Below, in pieces: positions 33,665 to 39,576 of a stretch of DNA of 39,576 nt. The stretch's first letter is position 1; each line of letters begins with the position of its first letter. Origin of the DNA: Bacteroidales bacterium UBA3742 (GTDB lineage: Bacteria; Bacteroidota; Bacteroidia; Bacteroidales; Paludibacteraceae); assembly GCA_002371785.1 (NCBI GenBank), contig DFGU01000091.1, positions 1-39,576 of the forward strand. The letters run 5' to 3'. The position numbers and the translations under genes are program-made. The notes below the pieces were generated by a model that was given only the letters and a program-made list of their open reading frames with translations, made no database searches and was not told the origin of the DNA.

Positions 33665-35394
33665 AGGCGTTGATTTTTATCTTGTTTCCACCAGAAGAAG
33701 TAGGCGCGTTGGCGTTCCTTCTGCTCCTTGGTGCGAGCCACGAAGACGGGCTTCATCGTGTAGGGATTGAGTCCGGTGTAGAACATTGTGGTGGAGAGCG
33801 TCATGGGTGTAGGTGTGAAGTCCTGCACCTGCTCGGGATGGTAGTGCATTTTCTTGGTCCATTCGGCCAGGTGGCTCATGTCGCGGTTGGTGCAACCGGG
33901 ATGCGACGAGATGAAGTACGGGATCAACTGTTGATGCAAGCCGTTCTCCTCATTGACGCGCAGGAAAAAGTCACGGAACTGCATGAAGTGTTCCCACGAG
34001 GGTTTGCGCATCAATCGGAGTACATCAGGGGCCGTGTGCTCGGGAGCCACCTTGAGTCGACCAGACACATGGCGGGTGATCAGTTGGCGACCGTACTCTT
34101 CGGACATCAGGTCGTATCGCACGCCCGAGCCCACGTACGCGCGCTTAATATAAGGTAGTCGGTCCACGGTGCGGTAGATATCCAGCAGGGGGCCGAAGTC
34201 CTGATTGAGGTTCTTGCATATATTGGGTTGCAAGCAGCTGGCCCGGGCACAGCGTTCGCAGAGCGACATATCCCGTCCGTGCATGGCGTACATATTGGCC
34301 GAGGGTCCGCCCAGGTCGCTCAGGTTGCCCCGCCACTCGGGCAGGTCCTTGATGCGCTCTATCTGGCGGAGGATCGACTGTTTGCTGCGCGAGGTGATCT
34401 GCTTGCCCTGGTGCGCCGAGATGGTGCAGAACGAGCAGCCGCCGAAGCAGCCTCGGTGCATGCAGACCGAGAAGCGTATCATCTCATAGGCCGGAATGCG
34501 TTTGCCCTTGTATTTAGGATGAGGCATGTACATATACGGCAGGTCATAGACGGCATCCAGTTCCTCGGTCGTCATCGGCGGATATGATGGGTTGACCACC
34601 ACGGTCTGCCTTCCAACGGCCTGGCATATTCGGCTTTGGTGTATCTTGTTGGACTCGGTCTCTATCAGCCGGAAGTTCTCGGCATGCGCCCGCTTATCGC
34701 GCACCGCCTCCTCGTGGCTATGCAGCCGGATGGTATCGTCCGTGAGATACGGCTTGGCGTCGTCCGTCAGGAAAGCCACTTGCGGCAAGGCATGCAGGGC
34801 CGCCCGTTGTTCGGCTTTCGGCCGGTCGCTATCCAGGATGCGGGCTATCTCGAGCATCGTTTTCTCCCCCATCCCATACGTCAGCAGGTCGGCGCCGCTA
34901 TCCACCAGGATAGATGGCATGAGCTTGTCCTGCCAGTAGTCGTAGTGGGTCAGTCGGCGCATGGAGGCCTCGATACCGCCGATCACGATCGGCACGTCGG
35001 GATAGAGCTGACGCAGGATCTTGCAGTATGTAATCGTGCAGTAGTCGGGACGCATACCGGCCCTGGCATCGGGCGTGTAGGCATCGTCAGAACGGCGGCG
35101 ACGGGCCGCGGTGTAATGGTTGACCATCGAGTCCATACTGCCTGCCGAGACGGCGAAGTAGAGACGCGGACGCCCCAGTTTCTTAAAGTCACGGTAGTCG
35201 CCCCGCCAGTCGGGTTGCGGCACCACGGCTACGCGATAGCCGGCCTGCTCCAGGGTACGACCTATTACGGCTGCCGCGAACTGGGGATGGTCGATGTACG
35301 CATCTCCGCTGAAGAAGATGACGTCCACTTCGTCCCAACCACGCAATTCAAGTTCTTTCTTGGTAGTAGGCAGGTATTTCTTAAGATCGTACAT
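33661..35394 (-). CDS. ygiQ: YgiQ-family radical SAM protein (UPF0313)
   Basis: A 577-aa ORF with the radical-SAM cluster CFGGCSFCTI and the typical YgiQ N- and C-terminal regions. It has an ATGA overlap with the M23 gene. Confidence 0.9.
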   Translation of the reverse strand: MYDLKKYLPTTKKELELRGWDEVDVIFFSGDAYIDHPQFAAAVIGRTLEQAGYRVAVVPQPDWRGDYRDFKKLGRPRLYFAVSAGSMDSMVNHYTAARRRRSDDAYTPDARAGMRPDYCTITYCKILRQLYPDVPIVIGGIEASMRRLTHYDYWQDKLMPSILVDSGADLLTYGMGEKTMLEIARILDSDRPKAEQRAALHALPQVAFLTDDAKPYLTDDTIRLHSHEEAVRDKRAHAENFRLIETESNKIHQSRICQAVGRQTVVVNPSYPPMTTEELDAVYDLPYMYMPHPKYKGKRIPAYEMIRFSVCMHRGCFGGCSFCTISAHQGKQITSRSKQSILRQIERIKDLPEWRGNLSDLGGPSANMYAMHGRDMSLCERCARASCLQPNICKNLNQDFGPLLDIYRTVDRLPYIKRAYVGSGVRYDLMSEEYGRQLITRHVSGRLKVAPEHTAPDVLRLMRKPSWEHFMQFRDFFLRVNEENGLHQQLIPYFISSHPGCTNRDMSHLAEWTKKMHYHPEQVQDFTPTPMTLSTTMFYTGLNPYTMKPVFVARTKEQKERQRAYFFWWKQDKNQRL

Positions 35395-35409
35395 GCAGTA
35401 TTTAATCGG

Positions 35410-37131
35410 TTAATCCAATATCATGTTCAGACGCGTACGCATCTCGCCCAAATTTGGATTTTTCTCTATCATGCGTTTCAGTTTGTCTTCAGCAGTCACG
35501 GCTGACAGTTCGGGTGTATATTCCGCCACCCGGATCTGTATCCGGAGCAGGTCGTTTTGGAGCACGCGGTGCAGCTGTGCTTCAATGCGTCGCAGCTGTG
35601 CGCGCACTTCTTTCTCCTGCCATGGGTTGGTCAGGGTCAGTAGGGCTTGCTGGTGGTCTTCTTGCAGTTCGGGGGTGTAGATATCAAACACCGATGCCAT
35701 GCGCGGATCCTCGGGGAAGAGGTCTTTCAGACCAGCCCACGCGCTACTGAACTGGTCTGCCGTAAAAGGGTTGTTCTGCTTCTCCGGAGCGGCTTGTGCC
35801 TGGGGTTGTTCGGCCTTGGGCGCACCCGTCGGCACAGACGGTATCTGCGGGATCGACGGGATATGCGGCAGGTTGGGTATCTGCGGTCCTGGTGCCGGTG
35901 CCGGTTTGGGCGCAGGCGGTGGTGGCGTAGGCGTCACGGGACGCGGCGCGGGTGCCGGTTGCGGAGCCGGAGCCGGTTTGGGTGCAGGGGCAGCAGGCTT
36001 GGGTTGCGGAGCGGCTTTATGCTGCGCAGGCGTAGCGGCCTGGAGCAGTTGGGTCAATTTTAGGATCATCAGCTCCACGCAGAGCCGTTTGTTCTTCGCC
36101 GTGCGGTACTGGATGTCGCAGGTGTTGGCCAGGTCCAGGGCTTGGAAGAGCCAGGGGGCCGTGCAGCGGGTAGCCTGCTCCTGGTAATGACGACGGATCG
36201 CCTCCGAGGTCTCCAGTAGGGCCGCTGTCTGCGGGTCTTTCGACACGAGTACGTCACGCAGGTGCTGCGCCAGGCCGGTCACGAAGTGCTGGGCATCGAA
36301 TCCCTTGTTGAGCACCTCATTGAAGAGCAGCAAGCTGCCTGACACATCGCCCGCCAGGGCCATTTCCACCAGTCTGAAGTAGTAGTCGGTATCCAGCACG
36401 TTGAGCACCTCGATGGTGCGCTGGTAGGTGATCTGGTTGCCGCAGAAGGATACCAGCTGGTCGAATATCGACAAGGCATCACGCATACCGCCGTCAGCTT
36501 TCTGGGCTACAACATTCAGCGCTTCCTCCTCGGCCTGCACGCCTTCTTGCGAAGCTACGTACTGCAGGTGGGCGATGGTGTCGGCTACTGTGATACGCGA
36601 GAAGTCATACACCTGGCAGCGACTCAGGATGGTGGGCAGCACCTTGTGCTTCTCCGTCGTAGCCAGGATGAAGATGGCATACGAAGGCGGTTCTTCCAGG
36701 GTCTTCAGTAGGGCGTTGAACGCACCGGCAGAGAGCATGTGTACCTCATCGATGATATAGACCGAGTAGTTGCCGATCTGGGGCGGGATACGCACCTGTT
36801 CGATGAGCGAACGGATATCGTCCACCGAGTTGTTGCTGGCGGCATCCAGTTCGTGGATATTAAACGAGCGCTGTTCGTTGAAGGCGCGGCACGACTCGCA
36901 CTCGTTGCAGGCATCGTGGTCGGCTGTCGGGTTCAGACAGTTGATCGTCTTGGCAAAGATACGTGCACAGGTGGTCTTACCTACGCCACGCGGTCCGCAG
37001 AAGAGGTAGGCATGCGCCAGGTGATTCTGCCGGATGGCATTTCGGAGCGTCTGTGTGAGGGCTTGCTGACCGACCACCGACTCAAAGCTGAGGGGGCGGT
37101 ACTTGCGAGCTGATACGATATAGTTTTCCAT
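35410..37131 (-). CDS. dnaX: DNA polymerase III subunit gamma/tau
   Basis: The N-terminal AAA+ clamp-loader module has GPRGVGKTT, a zinc module (CNECESC) and SRC. It is followed by a Pro/Ala-rich linker and a C-terminal domain. Confidence 0.92.
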   Translation of the reverse strand: MENYIVSARKYRPLSFESVVGQQALTQTLRNAIRQNHLAHAYLFCGPRGVGKTTCARIFAKTINCLNPTADHDACNECESCRAFNEQRSFNIHELDAASNNSVDDIRSLIEQVRIPPQIGNYSVYIIDEVHMLSAGAFNALLKTLEEPPSYAIFILATTEKHKVLPTILSRCQVYDFSRITVADTIAHLQYVASQEGVQAEEEALNVVAQKADGGMRDALSIFDQLVSFCGNQITYQRTIEVLNVLDTDYYFRLVEMALAGDVSGSLLLFNEVLNKGFDAQHFVTGLAQHLRDVLVSKDPQTAALLETSEAIRRHYQEQATRCTAPWLFQALDLANTCDIQYRTAKNKRLCVELMILKLTQLLQAATPAQHKAAPQPKPAAPAPKPAPAPQPAPAPRPVTPTPPPPAPKPAPAPGPQIPNLPHIPSIPQIPSVPTGAPKAEQPQAQAAPEKQNNPFTADQFSSAWAGLKDLFPEDPRMASVFDIYTPELQEDHQQALLTLTNPWQEKEVRAQLRRIEAQLHRVLQNDLLRIQIRVAEYTPELSAVTAEDKLKRMIEKNPNLGEMRTRLNMILD

Positions 37132-37157
37132 AACTGTTAATTAGTTTCCGTGTTGTA

Positions 37158-38186
37158 TTACCATGGGCTTATCGATCCGCGTGCGCCGCAGAGCAGGCAC
37201 TTCTCCTTGGTCTGAACGCCGAAGAAGAAATAGGTCAGTCGGATGCCGGCATATAGGCTGTGTACTGATCCGACCTGTCCGGTGCTCAGTACGTGGTTGT
37301 AGCGGAAGGTCTGGAAGTCGTACGGACTGGAGTCGGGCACGGTGTAGAGCGCCTGTCTGGTCTTGGGCGCCGAGTTGAGTATGCCCAGTTCGGCAAAGGC
37401 ACCGATACGCAGACGTTGGTCGCGCATATTGGAGCGGTGGTAGCCGGGTCGTCCCTTGTTGGAGAAGGCCAACTCGTAGCCGCATTCGAAGACGCCGAGC
37501 AGGTCAAAGCGCATCTGGAGCGCCTCGCCGCGTTGCTGGTCGGGCGTGAGGGGTACGTCGCGACGGATACCATGGTTGTCCATCTCCTCGATCGGACCGA
37601 TGTAGCCGTCGTAGCGAGCCGTCGTGGTGGTGAGCATGCTGAGGCGCGTGTCGCCCACGAGCGGCATGGAGGCCTTCACGCCACCCATCACGTAGAAGCC
37701 GCGGAAATAGCCGCCCACGTAGAACGGCAACTGGGCATAGAGTTCACGCATGCGGTCGGTGCGGTCGTGGAAGCGATAGTCCATATGGCACGATGTACCG
37801 GTGGCATCGATGGCCTCGATGGTGTACTGCTGGTCCGTCACGCCGTTCTGCACGTCCTGCCAACGCAGTCCCACGCCGGTCTGCAGGAAGAACGGACCGT
37901 TCAGATAGGCGTACTGCAGGGTCAGTCCCAGGGCGTAGCCGCCGGGCTTCATCGTCATCAGTTGCGACTGCTGGAGGAAGCTGGCATAGGCGCCTTCCAC
38001 CTGCATGCCTACCAGGTGGTGCACGCCGTCGTACTGGTCGGTATAGAGTCCGGCCTGGTTGGTCTTGGACTTCTGCTTCTTGTAGCTGCTTCCCCAGTCG
38101 CCGTATAGGCGGGTCTGCGCAGCTACGGTCATGGCCGCGCCGAGCAGCAGGAGGAGCACTGTATATCTATGGTTGGTTCTCATCAT
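37158..38186 (-). CDS. Hypothetical outer-membrane beta-barrel-like protein
   Basis: A 342-aa ORF with a signal peptide (LLLLLGAAMTVAAQ) and Gly/Tyr-rich alternating strands. Its ATG overlaps the stop of the upstream T9SS-tail gene (ATGA). Confidence 0.6.
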   Translation of the reverse strand: MMRTNHRYTVLLLLLGAAMTVAAQTRLYGDWGSSYKKQKSKTNQAGLYTDQYDGVHHLVGMQVEGAYASFLQQSQLMTMKPGGYALGLTLQYAYLNGPFFLQTGVGLRWQDVQNGVTDQQYTIEAIDATGTSCHMDYRFHDRTDRMRELYAQLPFYVGGYFRGFYVMGGVKASMPLVGDTRLSMLTTTTARYDGYIGPIEEMDNHGIRRDVPLTPDQQRGEALQMRFDLLGVFECGYELAFSNKGRPGYHRSNMRDQRLRIGAFAELGILNSAPKTRQALYTVPDSSPYDFQTFRYNHVLSTGQVGSVHSLYAGIRLTYFFFGVQTKEKCLLCGARGSISPW

Positions 38187-39576
38187 TGTACTATCACTTT
38201 AACTGTTCTGCTCAGGTCCCCACCCTTGCCGGCAGTGGCATCGTCGGTGAGATGGAATACATATACGCCGCTCACGGCAGGCAGCTGTACCGGATAGGTA
38301 TTCTTGGCGTCGGGGGTGTAAGCACCCTGGCTGACCAGTTGTCCTTGCGGGTTGAGCAACTTATAGTGGCCCGGAGCGGGCGAGAGGATATAGACTACGG
38401 CATCCTCTTTGGCTACCACGGTCGGTACCACGGATACGTAGGTCTGCTGAGGCGAGTTGTCGTAGTGGATACTCAGGTTGGGCGTGATGGGGCACGTACG
38501 TACCGTCACTTGGTCATCCTCACGCGTCAGCGCTACGCTATACTGTGCGCCGGTATGCAGGTACTGCGGGTCATACAGGTACGGCCGCGTCTCGCCGTAT
38601 AGTATCGAGTCGTTGCGATACCACTGGAAGGCTGAGAACGTGTATCCGCCGTTCAGGGTCGAATCCATGATAAAGATGGCGTCGTTCCAGTGCTGGGTGG
38701 TGATCCACGAGGGATAGCGCATCTCTATCTGGAACGGATAGGTCATCAGCGTATCCGACAGGCAGACGCCGTTCTGGAAGGCTATCTCGGCCTGATAGTA
38801 TCCCGGACGCGGGTACTGGTGGCGTGCCGCAAAGTACGGTACGGGCAGGTGCAGCGTCAGCTGGCCGGCCGGGATAGGCTGATCCTGCATGTCCTCAAAT
38901 CCGATAGCCTGTGCCGCCGAGTCGTAGCGGATACTATAGCTTACAGGGGCTATGTTGCCATCGTAGGTGAAGTGCAGCAGATAGGTATTGGACATGCCGT
39001 CCTCATCCACGCAGACGGGTTCTACGGCGAGTTCGTACTTGGGTAGCGGCATCTCAACGAGCGTGAGGTAGTAGTGGTTCTGGCATCCGAAGCGGTTGGG
39101 CTGAACGGATACGTAGTCGCCCGGTTCGGTCAGCTGCTGGTCGAAGAAGTAGTAGGTCTCGCCGCGGCAAAGCGTGTCGGTCCATACGGAGTCGTTGCTC
39201 GGCGAGATGGTGAGGTCGAGACGCAGGATGGAGTCGCAACCGCTGATCGTGGTCTGGTAGTTGCGTACGTAGGTATAGTGGCGCGGTTCGTCCCACAGAC
39301 GCGAAGCGGCCAGCGTGTCGTCGAATACCAGGTCTTCCCACCTATAGTGGGCATCGTCGGAGCAGAGCGAGACGGTCTTGGTCACGTCGTAGGAGAGGTC
39401 GTAATGGATGCGTACGTAGTAGTTGGAGTCGCAGGCATATACGGTACTCAGGTCGAAGACGGTGTCATAGACGTTAGCATCGCCCTGGTAGTAATACTGG
39501 CGTCCGTGCCACTCCATGGTGTCCGACGAGCAGAGCGTGAATGTGGTGTCGTAGAAGTGGTAGGTAGGCTTGATAT
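38183..39576 (-). CDS. Secreted protein with T9SS-type C-terminal sorting domain (5' end outside the window)
   Basis: The reading frame stays open to the window edge upstream of the listed Met. The C-terminal tail GVYVFHLTDDATAGKGGDLSRTVKVIVQ resembles Por/T9SS CTDs. The body is Cys/Tyr-rich and repetitive. Confidence 0.7.
   Translation of the reverse strand, partial: IKPTYHFYDTTFTLCSSDTMEWHGRQYYYQGDANVYDTVFDLSTVYACDSNYYVRIHYDLSYDVTKTVSLCSDDAHYRWEDLVFDDTLAASRLWDEPRHYTYVRNYQTTISGCDSILRLDLTISPSNDSVWTDTLCRGETYYFFDQQLTEPGDYVSVQPNRFGCQNHYYLTLVEMPLPKYELAVEPVCVDEDGMSNTYLLHFTYDGNIAPVSYSIRYDSAAQAIGFEDMQDQPIPAGQLTLHLPVPYFAARHQYPRPGYYQAEIAFQNGVCLSDTLMTYPFQIEMRYPSWITTQHWNDAIFIMDSTLNGGYTFSAFQWYRNDSILYGETRPYLYDPQYLHTGAQYSVALTREDDQVTVRTCPITPNLSIHYDNSPQQTYVSVVPTVVAKEDAVVYILSPAPGHYKLLNPQGQLVSQGAYTPDAKNTYPVQLPAVSGVYVFHLTDDATAGKGGDLSRTVKVIVQ

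Noticed and set aside
35410-37131. Programmed -1 frameshift site in dnaX, as in E. coli
   Set aside because: I did not see an A AAA AAG-type heptamer with a downstream hairpin in the appropriate part of the gene by eye. This cannot be excluded without a systematic scan.

Overview
The window looks like a Bacteroidota (Bacteroidales-like) chromosomal segment. Several TAnnTTTG -7 promoter boxes, lipoprotein signal peptides and a T9SS-type C-terminal sorting tail support this. Most of it is GC-rich housekeeping DNA, almost all on the minus strand: rluA-like fragment, PEP/pyruvate-binding regulator-like protein, gdhA, rlmB, DsbD-like, hpt, murA, murB, nadE, an FGE-family protein, a porin plus DASS transporter, rpiB, YitT, gcvP, crp/fnr, M23 peptidase, ygiQ, dnaX, and an OM protein plus T9SS cargo.

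Two visibly AT-richer accessory patches interrupt this core.

Patch A (about 4.6-9.27 kb):
- Uncharacterised small ORFs surround a single-polypeptide GmrSD-like DUF262/DUF1524 nuclease.
- Next comes an array of eight head-to-tail 32-bp units, each carrying the palindrome ATCC(T/G)CCATAWATGGCGGAT.
- An unusually long (387 aa) RAYT-like HUH/Y1 transposase follows. It is flanked by perfect copies of the same palindrome and also contains one inside its own coding sequence.

Patch B (about 21.2-24.3 kb) abuts tRNA-Ser(CGA):
- It holds a small lipoprotein, a truncated Abi-family gene and a lipoprotein serine hydrolase.
- It carries two near-identical 140-bp direct repeats, each with a promoter box and internal inverted repeats.
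- It contains at least four fragments of the tRNA-Ser 3' end, which look like serial integration scars.

The most promising leads are the REP-array/RAYT module, the GmrSD-like multi-ORF block and the cassette-like tRNA-Ser islet.

All functional calls come from by-eye motif recognition. No database search was run.
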